From: a virus
DNA: 64,000 nucleotides
Virus record (IMG/VR): IMGVR_UViG_3300006735_000002
Span: 17,571 to 81,570 of that record
Reading direction: 5' to 3' (one strand)
Of the stretch, positions 11,201 to 18,065 are shown piece after piece. The translations under genes and the position numbers were made by a program. Position 1 is the stretch's first letter, and each line of letters opens with the position of its first letter. The notes under the pieces were generated by a model, which made no database searches, was not told where the DNA came from, and saw only the letters and a list, made by a program, of their open reading frames with translations.

Positions 11201-14200
11201 GATGTCATCGTCAAGTTGTTCCGTGACGAGGCCAAGGCTCGGGCGAAGCAAACCGAAGCGGCGGAGGCCGCCAAGAAACTTGCGAACGAAGCAAACAAGA
11301 AAAAGAGGAACGCCCAAAATCGTCTCGCTCGGCTCGAGGCGGCAGCGACGAAGATCGAAGAAGATGCAGCGGTGGCGACAGAAGACGCCATGAAGATCGC
11401 CGCAGAGCGTTTTGCGGAGAACCTGCCGGATAGATTCGAGCAGGTACAGGCCGCTCAGACCGCCGCGATGGATAGTCTCCTTCCGCTTGACACGCCCAAG
11501 AGGTTGACGCCTACGCTCGAGATTCAGCCCGGTCTTGAGACGGCTACAGCGTCTCTTGTGGACCTGGAGCGGCTGCTGTCGGAAGGCTTCGATCGCAACA
11601 AGGACCGTTCAGCGGTGCTGTCGCTCATTATCGACACCGCAGACACTCTCTCCCCTTATCTTCGTTTCGACTTTCCAGAGTCTATCGGAGTTATCGACGA
11701 GACGAACAAGGGGCGCCTGAAGGTCGGAACGACCAAGCAGCTGCTCACCAACATGGTCGATACGATCAAGGCAGCGCTGGCCCCCGAGGACCTCGAGGTG
11801 GTTGAAGGTGCGGTGGACCTCATTCGCGCCGACAACCTCCAGGAGGCAGTTGACCTCAAGCGGGCTGAGCCTGATGCGGCTCCGGCTCCTGCGCCCCTGC
11901 CGACTACGCCGGCAGAGCACACGCCGCTCCCGCTTGATGCCATCAATCAGAGCACGCTGCGCACGAAAAGCGGCGAGGGCGTTCAGTTGCCGCAGCCCAC
12001 GACTCTCGATGAAGTCGAGGCGATTGACAACATCGAAGAAGCCTTCCTCGACATGAAGACTTCTGAGTTGACCGAAGTCGCGACGACCCGCGGCATCGAC
12101 ATCGAGGACTTCCGTCGCGAAGACGGTAAGGTCGACTGGGGCGGGTTGGTTAAGGTCCTGGCGAAGCAGGACTCTGACGCTATTCGGTCGCAGCGTTTGG
12201 TGGCTGAAACCACGGAAGTCGAGGGTGCTACGGCAACCGACGCTGTTCGGCGCGCTGAGATCGAAGACTTGGCGGAGGAAGCCGCGCCCCAGATTCCTGT
12301 TGAAGAGGCTGTCGCGCAGCTTGACGAGGCCGCCGAAACACTGATGACAACCGGCGCCGAGGTGGCTCGAGAGCGACAGGTTCGCCTCGCAAAGCTCATC
12401 CGTGAGGCACGTGACCTCAAGGGCATGACGCGGCAGGAGATTTCCGACCGCATCTTCGCAGACCTGGACTTCACAGAGCGTCGGCGTATCGCGGAAAGCG
12501 GTGGTATCGACGACCTGGTCAACGACATCACCGGCACGGTCGATGTCCGCATCAAGGAAATCTCAAAGGAAATCTCCAAGCTGCGCACGCAGGTCAGAGT
12601 CGCCAATCGGAAGGCCGACGCGTCTTCGCGGGAAGTCACTCAGCGTAACTACCGTGACGCCGCCGACCGCTATCAGCGCCAGGCTGACACGATGCAGGAG
12701 TTCCTCGACGACATCATCCGTAAGGATCGAGCCGCCTTGGACGAAGAGATGCGTGTGGCTGTCGACGAGGAGGCTGCTCGGCGCGCGGCGGAAGCTATCC
12801 CAGAACCTGAAGCTGAAGTCGCAAAGACACTTGAGGCCGAAGTCGCGCCGGAAGCTGTGCGCGCGGCGGAGGCTGCGCCTACCGTAAAGGTAGAGCCCAA
12901 GCCCGCAAAGGTCGCCGTGGCCGAAGAGGTGGAAGAAGTCGAAGAAGCCGTTGAAGACAGCGCTGTCAATGTCGAAGAGATCCGCAAGAGGGTCGAGCGC
13001 TGGGACAAGGAGAACCGTCGCGACAAGCCTCCCGCACCTCCGGCGAGCGCGCCTCCGCGCGACCGTGGGACGGACGCTCCTGACGCTCGGGCGATGGTCT
13101 ACTTCATGGACGACTCGTCGGCGATCATCTACGCGCTCAAGAACGCTGACGCTTCATCTGGCCTGCACGAGATGTCTCATGTTCTCCGTCGCCACTTGCG
13201 GCCGGAGGACCTGCGGGTGTCTCTCGACTGGGTCAACAGCCAGCTGCGGCGCACTGAGATCGACGGCCAGACTGTCGAGGCTCTGCCTGAAATCAGCCTG
13301 GACCGCTACGGCAACTTCACAGGTCGAGCCGACTCGGTCGTGACTGCGGAGGAGCTCTTCGCTGAGGCTCATGAGCAGTACCTCCGCGAGGGCCGCGCGC
13401 CGACGAAGGCGATGGACGCTGTCTTCAAGGTGATGAAGGAGCTTCTGCGAAGCATCGTCACCACGCTCGGCATTGTTCCTCACCGCCTGGAAATCAGTCG
13501 TGAAATGAACGACTTGTTCGATTCCATCTACGGGGCTCGCAGGGATCTCGACATCACTGAGCTGACGCAGGTCACTCGGTACTACGACACTCAGCGTGCG
13601 CTTGCAGGCGGAAGAACTGGCCTCCGTCGTGCCGGTCGCCTTGAGTCTGACCTCGTGATCGAGGATGAGCTGACCGATCGCTTCAGGCAGCGCATTCTCA
13701 GCCTGCAGGAATACTCCACGCGCTTTGCCCCGCTGGAAGGTAGGCAGTACAGGTTGGAGCAGTCCGCTCTCGGAGTGAAGACGCCTGGACGCGTCGGAGC
13801 TCTTGGTCTCGGCACGGGGGGCGCAAAGGACTATGGCCCAGTCAGCCGTCGCTTCTTGCCGATGGAGACGGGGGCGCGCATCCGTGGAGGCAAGGCTACC
13901 GGTAGCGACCGCGGTATTGCGTCTGTGCTCAAAGCCGCAGATTATGCTGCGGTGATGGCGGCAAACGCCGCGGTGTTCCTGCCTTACACTCTGCTGTACG
14001 GCACGGACGCAATGATGCTGCTTCGGTCGGCACCGGCCGCGTCCCGCCCTCTGCTGTACGGTCAGGGTCGAGAGCTCGAAGAGTTCACCTACGGCTTGAC
14101 CGTGTTGATCAACGACGTCAAGAACCGCACAGGGGACGCTCAGAAGCGCGGCCTCAACGATATCATCAGCTATTTGCGCGGACAGCCCGTCTACCTGCTG

Positions 14201-17200
14201 ACAGGGGCCGAGGCAGGAACCCTGACTCGCGGAACTTCGGTTGATTCTGGCGACGCGTTCTTCGCGATGCTCGACCAGATGCTGTCTCGACTTGACCCGG
14301 CTGCTCGGACGGCGCTCGCGGATGAAGCTTCTCAAGCACTGTCAGGAGACATGAGGGCCACGAAGTCGCTTAGCGGATTCTGGAAGGGGTACTCCGTCAA
14401 GCGCGTGGACGGCATGTCTATCGGTAACAGTGAGGGGCTGCTGCTGAACGATGCGTATCTTGACGAGATGACGGTAGTGACAGCCAAGGGCGACACTATC
14501 AAGCTCGATGGTCCGACGCAGGACATGCTCGGCGCAATGTTCGAGGCTCTTGAGGGGAGCCCCGTTGGCAACAACGTCCCGGTGTCTGACGCAACGAAGA
14601 CGGCGGCAGCTCTGTTGATGTTCCACTCGGGCAAGTCGACGTTCACGAACAACGGCGTCGAGGTCACTATTGAGATGGCTCAGAGGCTGAGTGGAGAAGA
14701 CACTGCGCTGGGCCTGCTTATGCGCGGCGCGTCCTTTGATGTTGACGGAACCACTGTCAATGTGCCGGGTCTCATGCAGGTGACCGGAGATAATGGCAAG
14801 GCTCTGCGTGGTTTGCTGGCTCTCGGCACCTACTCTGCCAGCTCTCGGATTACTGCGGACGCTGCGGAGATTGGTCTGGGGGTTACGCCTGGCCAGTTCC
14901 GGTCATACGCACGGTTTATGAGTGGTCAGCAGGCGCGGATGACGCCATCGCAGATTGACGAGGCGAAGGCCGTCATCGCCAAGTTCGGCTTCTCCATGGA
15001 CTTTACGAAGATCGGCTCTCGCCTGGGCTCTTACTACATTCCGCGCCCGGCGCTTAGCAAGATCAAGGGTGCGCTCAACGATGCCGACCGGCTGCTCAGT
15101 CTCCGGTCTTCCGGCGACGGAGCGACGGACGTAGTGTCTCAGATGGTGGCTTGGTTGTTCCAGGTCACCAACACCGAAGCCATTTTCGGGTCGCTCCTGC
15201 CGAAGTCAACCTTCCGCACTCCGTCGTTTATCGACGCCGTTGCCGGCGCCATGTCTGTCGGCGGCGGTACTCCTGCAATGACGACAGCTGCTCGCATGAG
15301 TGCGGGTACCGCCCTCGGCTACGGCCTGGGTATTCCTGGCTTCCCTGGGTCTGAGTTGATCAGCGCTGAGCGCATGGCGGACATCGCGGATGCTCTCCCC
15401 AACGCCGTGCGAAAGAGGTTGCGGAGGAGTCTCGGCGGCTCTGAGAGTTACCGCCTATACCCTGATCCGAAGAACCCCGGTAAGTTCATCTCTTCCGATG
15501 AAGTTGTCCAGGGCATGAAGTCGTCGCTTCGCGAAGCTGCGGTGAGGCAAGGCGACGCTTTCGCCAAATCTCTGACCGAGGGGATGTCCGCGTCGAAGCA
15601 CCGCGTGGAAGTTCTGCCCATCATAAACAACGACCCGCAGGCCATCTTCGTTCTTAACGGTTCGCCCTACCGTGCCTCGGATTTGCGCCGCATCTTCGTC
15701 CGAAACGGTCTTTACAACAACGCGTTCAAGGGCGTAACGATGTTCCTGCGGAACGAAGGCGCCATCGGTTTCGGCGTTGACGGTTTCGGCAAGGAAGACC
15801 GGCTCAAGAGTGCGCTTAGCCCCAGCAACAGCCGTGCCGTAGACTCAATGGTGAGTGTAATCGAAGGCGCGGGTGCCTCCCGGAGCAGCGAGCTGGTGCG
15901 TGACGCGTATCACATGGGTCGGAGCGGGGCGTCGCGAGTGTTCGAGCACGGTCTCGAGTCGATGGATGCGTTCGCTGACCTTGAGCGCACGGGCATGGCG
16001 GTGTCCTTCATTGAGCTGGGCGTTCCGCCAGAGCTCGCTGCGAAGATGGTCGTCAAGGCGGTCTACGACTACCGAGGGTCGCTGACGCGGGCAGACCGGA
16101 CGCTGTTCAAGCGCGCGTTCATGCCGTTCTTCGGCTTCCAGAAGAACGCGATGGCGCACTTCACCGACCTGCTTGCTTCTCCTCGTGGCCGGTTCTTCGC
16201 GCGGGTCATGGGGCGCATGCCGCGGATGACCATGGAAGCACTCTCGACGCTGTACTTCGAGACCGTCGTTGGGCCTTACGGCGTCAACACCACGGCCATG
16301 AACGAGGCTGAGATCAATCTCTACTACGAGGCTCGTAGTTTCTTTGAGCTGGGTCTCGGTGACGATGTGTCGGCGGAAGACCTGTTGGTCTACCGAGAGA
16401 TGCTGCCAGAAGACGCGAAGGACATCAGCGACGAAGAGCTCATGGACTACAGTTTCGACGGCTGGACTGTCCGTGATGGCTACAACGGATACGACAACGT
16501 CCCTGAAGACATGCGCGCCACAATGCGGTACCTGCTGCTTGCGCGCGGCCAGCTTCGGGCGAATGGTCGGTACGTCAAGATGTCAGAAGCGGTGATTGAC
16601 AGAGACCTCCGGCAGCAGTTTGTTCAGATGGGCGCAACGATGGCGGTTGTCGATGAGCCGAGCTTGTCGGCGCTGCCTGCCTGGGCGGCAAACCGCTACC
16701 CCACTGTCTTGATTTCTCCTGCCGTCATGACCAACTCGATTCAGGCGAGTCGGCGCGGGTCAAAGGGTATGGGGGATTCTGTCGGCATCATGCTCCCCGA
16801 CAACTTCATCAACGCGGGGTTTGAGCAGACGGCCGCGACGTTGGCGACGGTGTACGCAGGAGCTTTCGCCGCTAGCGAAGCGGCGGATTTCGTTTTCTCT
16901 GACGGTACGCGCACCGAGGTTGCTGCGGCTATGCGCATGTTGGCCAACTCCGCGACACCGATGATCGACATCCGCGGAGGCGGGTCTCCTGGGATGCAGC
17001 AGCTCATGCTGCTTTCCGAAGTCGGTATCAACGACGGAGACTTGTACGTCGAACTCGACCCGTTCATCGCTCGCTTGATGGCGGGTACGCTGATTCCCAT
17101 CAACTACACCGAGGGTGACGATGATCTCCGGTTCCTCGAAAACTTGGCGCCGGAGACGCGAGCGATGCTCAACAAGCTCACGCGCGTGAGCTCGCTCGGT

Positions 17201-17590
17201 GGACTCCGCGAAGTCGAGTATCCGTCGTTCGCGACTGAGGCTCGGACAGCGGTTGTCAGCGAAGAAGGCGGCAAGCGAGTCATCAAGTACGTCGACGAGG
17301 ACTACGAAGAGCTGCAGGAGGCGTACAACTCTCGCCGCAAGAAGCCGTTTTTGATGGGTCGAAGCGCGCTCCTGTTTAAGGTCGGCCTACTTGGCCGCGT
17401 AAACGCGGCGTTCCTTCGCCTGAGAACGTCGCCTCAGGAAGACGCACTGGCGGCTGAGGCGAACTTGAAGAACGAGCTTACTCGTTTGGTTTTCAGCGTT
17501 AGTCGTTCCGCGGGACTGCGTGTCATGGCACCAAACGAGCGCATGACCGCGAGAATGGCTGCGCCCGATCTTCTGGTCGATGACGAATGA
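2291..17590 (+). CDS. Giant polyvalent virion/ejectosome protein (muramidase-like, ART-PolyVal-like, zincin-like, LPD-like C-terminus)
   Basis: 5099-aa uninterrupted ORF (likely start ATG 2297); AISKTES...AWGEYQVLG (DUF3380-type muramidase); FKRWLGDSKVVDDEGQPLVVYHGT...YIAFDPTQVKS (ART-PolyVal); LHEMSH...EELFAE (zincin); VYDY...FMPFFGF near the C-terminus; long coiled coils. Confidence 0.85.
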   Translation: MSMSYFDNLRKRAGFAIEPFADPEPEQLQPPEDVGAGVAVDAPDTLGDPFPGAPSGIAKRQKYELPKVEFDDFDPFEALGNVQFQAEYAAEVATTTGQEAQQALRVAGERELSDLGDGVLGTTLGSLAQFLPATAAKARISAGEGDVDIPGITSYLFNPQDTPEELFQTLSASEIDESSAAAQEIAKQGRRAKKVRNARDIRADIMARKIEKEFVNHYGEAPGAEKYAAFIDNIIAQTSTPEKRRTERDAEFVLLDAAERKMPNKGGGESQSQYQSVQRRAVNLVLDTSKAGIGTAFADSALVQALPNFIDTVPKIERDKIRSDLSGAPSTGSTLERAEFLAQLFNLPAPLEVDGLEPIPATLVGSQAIRETIASNDFIFREKNTRSTPKTEDLYRPLKSDAVADEDEQSRVIYLAGQAGIPAPMAYAISKTESTGIPDGFAYNLHIGSSLDKRTPESRRRTPQEEVALRRSLREAGFDVVMEPVERDGELVWPAENFYRGDAKKVFQAAYGVNGKAAVQGGAWGEYQVLGRDGGLIDAMLQIDGVEDEDQAAEQAVLQFRENPSLIGDQLFVNWFRREDPQAVTARQAANDGDVETLGLMYYGDSPDPKQVTERRKWTTRTKNNLEDYVGGMFTPPESAEDQRPEALVSVAGATPLAEREDPEDLIEEAATAVGEMIGQSDFREGKTEVEQALGLNAIQASSGSGLLPSFTAFAQMSEYPEEGTPTREKAVAPYRELIKAGSPLLADMKDSFRAPVGEKFSKFARAVYRDMLESARLSGEEPDEREIEIEARKKAFKLMISAQTADATLPPFQTSWDYITGQTDELSLIDAMKPLVEVVGAVDGGFVYRQEGTGLAFMNAMDAPPVMGQSFNIGVVKYYLLPALGAEIEKAQSGEQGLMDAAINMGMSSFKASQLGTSVIPGASAVTGGVLEEVKRAGVRGVAERQNFVELGIEQGGNLTAWAMQQALDTERGREAVESLIESGVIPIPAGLEKGNVDLATIEIARAAGSVLGTVGGFIVAVAHPDALMGIGDTKAAITAGYRQFKAIPDFERTTEALIGLRGEIYKRGLGRVSRTAEIAMGLEQVVARDQGGSSTKAVADAYSVLLDKVEQLRESDNLDADLRARGRASVYVFIDGEAERRMGEIAAGDSIQSAAAKDALDEGFSEVVAAKLKSVAEEAIASGNPLKKEEGKRLLAIVNAGIGDNVTLTPKLSDIKEAKTQDGRIVANVAFSTADRLEALILGLKLDDPSKDSTALRQTIFEQRMGRVRPTLGNTNSKDIAGFAQNPTLANGLDVFAPVSEKALDASLEGVRLSDAKKEEFRATRAALEDFHKRLKAAVADGSILDPLVSADFKNEFRQKKFKQSSYRLFNNSEESDRGRRYAQVLTGVFNEAAVVTNKSEGHQFLRRGLDAVLTYSTERGKTIQSFSRSLVDEDAVRAGGFTDVDDFLDPQGSRHYVNRAISAMLVSTKEGILSFALGVPGLRRTVDPAMLKVQQRSMMSTAALHQMRADGQDPFTVAASVQGEVLRRLRQEKALAVQAGDSVRSAEVSDQIDEVLTPQWRTGLIDWMKASADAISRGEDPQSVVKYNLPIGITLGTASETALPVLPATRKFARGSFFRAFGFSPPEQVRAGQLSPGTRTVRPRISPEEERAVEYVLDRMLRYMARADMMQSPGAANAKVENFIKQNILNVRSVDSLNNFAAKATEMRGALSSTRDAISQRRHGMSYDELAATGDTRARVEVQSDAMQSVLPLMSEREAFLIFHRTYEELEDIIAAARRGETGDDFVATRLFQDASAASADADEVAEARRLYEEQGVESPYFKRWLGDSKVVDDEGQPLVVYHGTAGDFDEFGRKRPQELGYHFGSSEAASTRLGLLVEEEVAALSDTERARYFEAVRSTSEGVNVVPVYLSMTPLRVSDSVSWTGVSVIDDMARRYPQFADIFGEARTRLSAIPETDLAARADVVKDAVRKTGHDGLVYRNVIEGGGDSYIAFDPTQVKSVYNRGTFDDSARLLFQGEDVQRVARRRGGGRRRVDPDASIGSKQPVGVKTRAARINEKFGPLAGTAERAVLAYNGALSRARLNPKRTQALLEKAQNAIKRAYVTFSMGNAQKVPDLLLDIADAIKTDDAVLEALASKPNFHGVMSNLVRKARNPEQLTQADVRSIETTLDMIGLADRFDARRIGSYTGEVAKAPKREAEALAAVADAAAPAAQPVAAAKRLRMPEAPERSPKVGEVLGDIEKLSDIKGLKSQVLAAALDLKGDYGRDADVVLKAIDMIGPERLNDIALTVAREPGPEGRRAMFDFTENTIRIYEDALETGVFSDEVVKELWRSLTRYLPEDEIKALSDEYLDQRAMFMREESELFDAQGALKEGANIDDVDRHILDFEDWVVQSMKDLALQKSREAVFQTTGAGRLSKRPLNVRGNRVLKVLMDTVKGLVQEFFSQAKNLTQIIEDFYSSGKYTERLREKGIQLVVTDEDLLRRQKEWTKFIDESAKVEPKRALGQVKTPGGKQKGDDAAAAAARTEAIDKATARAGKSDAAISVGELKKLADRFSRTASTTDNPKRVAMVRRKFREGIDPVIAAVGNDEAKALLTPLLEAAKADDAVADALAKSPEAINAIENLAVQADVAEDLAPVVEAFRRDITDAGLGDRLPEVEVPAAVVSDEVATPAAPKATPVAEAEPKVAAVPQPDEGVDNLTGAVADRATSRVMEILKFEAGKDDTTVKRAVKFVFPREEVAQRMLNEAIKDDVTRVLRSGIVDRLTELGVTAKVDGEEASAKQLVRLFNDLQSKEDAARYGKVDGSAEAGDELLVNARAELETDIAELNKRIEAAEEEAEIGKLRRQLGEAESALEEMERGRETVEIRRSASKFLDDVYDPKRGLENAQRGLALVERLSAGVSAPGGASLRSMVGELSPEEQNVARYLLERQMKNHKRGTALTMEVRDDGELYFQLVGDRPLFDEDDVIVKLFRDEAKARAKQTEAAEAAKKLANEANKKKRNAQNRLARLEAAATKIEEDAAVATEDAMKIAAERFAENLPDRFEQVQAAQTAAMDSLLPLDTPKRLTPTLEIQPGLETATASLVDLERLLSEGFDRNKDRSAVLSLIIDTADTLSPYLRFDFPESIGVIDETNKGRLKVGTTKQLLTNMVDTIKAALAPEDLEVVEGAVDLIRADNLQEAVDLKRAEPDAAPAPAPLPTTPAEHTPLPLDAINQSTLRTKSGEGVQLPQPTTLDEVEAIDNIEEAFLDMKTSELTEVATTRGIDIEDFRREDGKVDWGGLVKVLAKQDSDAIRSQRLVAETTEVEGATATDAVRRAEIEDLAEEAAPQIPVEEAVAQLDEAAETLMTTGAEVARERQVRLAKLIREARDLKGMTRQEISDRIFADLDFTERRRIAESGGIDDLVNDITGTVDVRIKEISKEISKLRTQVRVANRKADASSREVTQRNYRDAADRYQRQADTMQEFLDDIIRKDRAALDEEMRVAVDEEAARRAAEAIPEPEAEVAKTLEAEVAPEAVRAAEAAPTVKVEPKPAKVAVAEEVEEVEEAVEDSAVNVEEIRKRVERWDKENRRDKPPAPPASAPPRDRGTDAPDARAMVYFMDDSSAIIYALKNADASSGLHEMSHVLRRHLRPEDLRVSLDWVNSQLRRTEIDGQTVEALPEISLDRYGNFTGRADSVVTAEELFAEAHEQYLREGRAPTKAMDAVFKVMKELLRSIVTTLGIVPHRLEISREMNDLFDSIYGARRDLDITELTQVTRYYDTQRALAGGRTGLRRAGRLESDLVIEDELTDRFRQRILSLQEYSTRFAPLEGRQYRLEQSALGVKTPGRVGALGLGTGGAKDYGPVSRRFLPMETGARIRGGKATGSDRGIASVLKAADYAAVMAANAAVFLPYTLLYGTDAMMLLRSAPAASRPLLYGQGRELEEFTYGLTVLINDVKNRTGDAQKRGLNDIISYLRGQPVYLLTGAEAGTLTRGTSVDSGDAFFAMLDQMLSRLDPAARTALADEASQALSGDMRATKSLSGFWKGYSVKRVDGMSIGNSEGLLLNDAYLDEMTVVTAKGDTIKLDGPTQDMLGAMFEALEGSPVGNNVPVSDATKTAAALLMFHSGKSTFTNNGVEVTIEMAQRLSGEDTALGLLMRGASFDVDGTTVNVPGLMQVTGDNGKALRGLLALGTYSASSRITADAAEIGLGVTPGQFRSYARFMSGQQARMTPSQIDEAKAVIAKFGFSMDFTKIGSRLGSYYIPRPALSKIKGALNDADRLLSLRSSGDGATDVVSQMVAWLFQVTNTEAIFGSLLPKSTFRTPSFIDAVAGAMSVGGGTPAMTTAARMSAGTALGYGLGIPGFPGSELISAERMADIADALPNAVRKRLRRSLGGSESYRLYPDPKNPGKFISSDEVVQGMKSSLREAAVRQGDAFAKSLTEGMSASKHRVEVLPIINNDPQAIFVLNGSPYRASDLRRIFVRNGLYNNAFKGVTMFLRNEGAIGFGVDGFGKEDRLKSALSPSNSRAVDSMVSVIEGAGASRSSELVRDAYHMGRSGASRVFEHGLESMDAFADLERTGMAVSFIELGVPPELAAKMVVKAVYDYRGSLTRADRTLFKRAFMPFFGFQKNAMAHFTDLLASPRGRFFARVMGRMPRMTMEALSTLYFETVVGPYGVNTTAMNEAEINLYYEARSFFELGLGDDVSAEDLLVYREMLPEDAKDISDEELMDYSFDGWTVRDGYNGYDNVPEDMRATMRYLLLARGQLRANGRYVKMSEAVIDRDLRQQFVQMGATMAVVDEPSLSALPAWAANRYPTVLISPAVMTNSIQASRRGSKGMGDSVGIMLPDNFINAGFEQTAATLATVYAGAFAASEAADFVFSDGTRTEVAAAMRMLANSATPMIDIRGGGSPGMQQLMLLSEVGINDGDLYVELDPFIARLMAGTLIPINYTEGDDDLRFLENLAPETRAMLNKLTRVSSLGGLREVEYPSFATEARTAVVSEEGGKRVIKYVDEDYEELQEAYNSRRKKPFLMGRSALLFKVGLLGRVNAAFLRLRTSPQEDALAAEANLKNELTRLVFSVSRSAGLRVMAPNERMTARMAAPDLLVDDE

Positions 17591-17614
17591 TACACTTCCC
17601 GCAAGGAGACTCCC

Positions 17615-18064
17615 ATGTCTGACTACAACTACGGCGGATGGGGCCACTACGGCTTCGCCGCGAACGACAACGGCACGATCACTGCCGCGTACACCGCGCT
17701 TTCGCTGGGCCAGGTCGCAGGCATTACCCGGTCTCAGGGTGTCCCTGACGACGCGCATCTGTACGACATCGTGTTCGAGCTGAGCAGCATGGTGACAGGT
17801 GCCGGCGCTCCAGGGAACATCTCGTTCTACCTGGCTCGTGACGCCGCGGGGACAAAGCCCCTCACGCCCATTCTTACGGCGCCCATCGTCACCGCACTTG
17901 GTGCCGCCGTCGCCACGGGTGGTGCTCACGCGAAGATCTCAGTCGACTTCCACAGCACCAGCGGTGTCGGCCCTACGGCCTACAACACGCTGCAGCTCAT
18001 TGTGCGTCACGACGGATCAGCTGACAACGTCACCGCCGACATCTTCCTCAGCTGGCGCTCCTGA
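17615..18064 (+). CDS. Small virion structural protein (beta-rich)
   Basis: 149 aa, Gly/Ala/Thr-rich, AAGGAG RBS, similar in style to 56015-56437. Confidence 0.6.
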   Translation: MSDYNYGGWGHYGFAANDNGTITAAYTALSLGQVAGITRSQGVPDDAHLYDIVFELSSMVTGAGAPGNISFYLARDAAGTKPLTPILTAPIVTALGAAVATGGAHAKISVDFHSTSGVGPTAYNTLQLIVRHDGSADNVTADIFLSWRS

Positions 18065-18065
18065 A

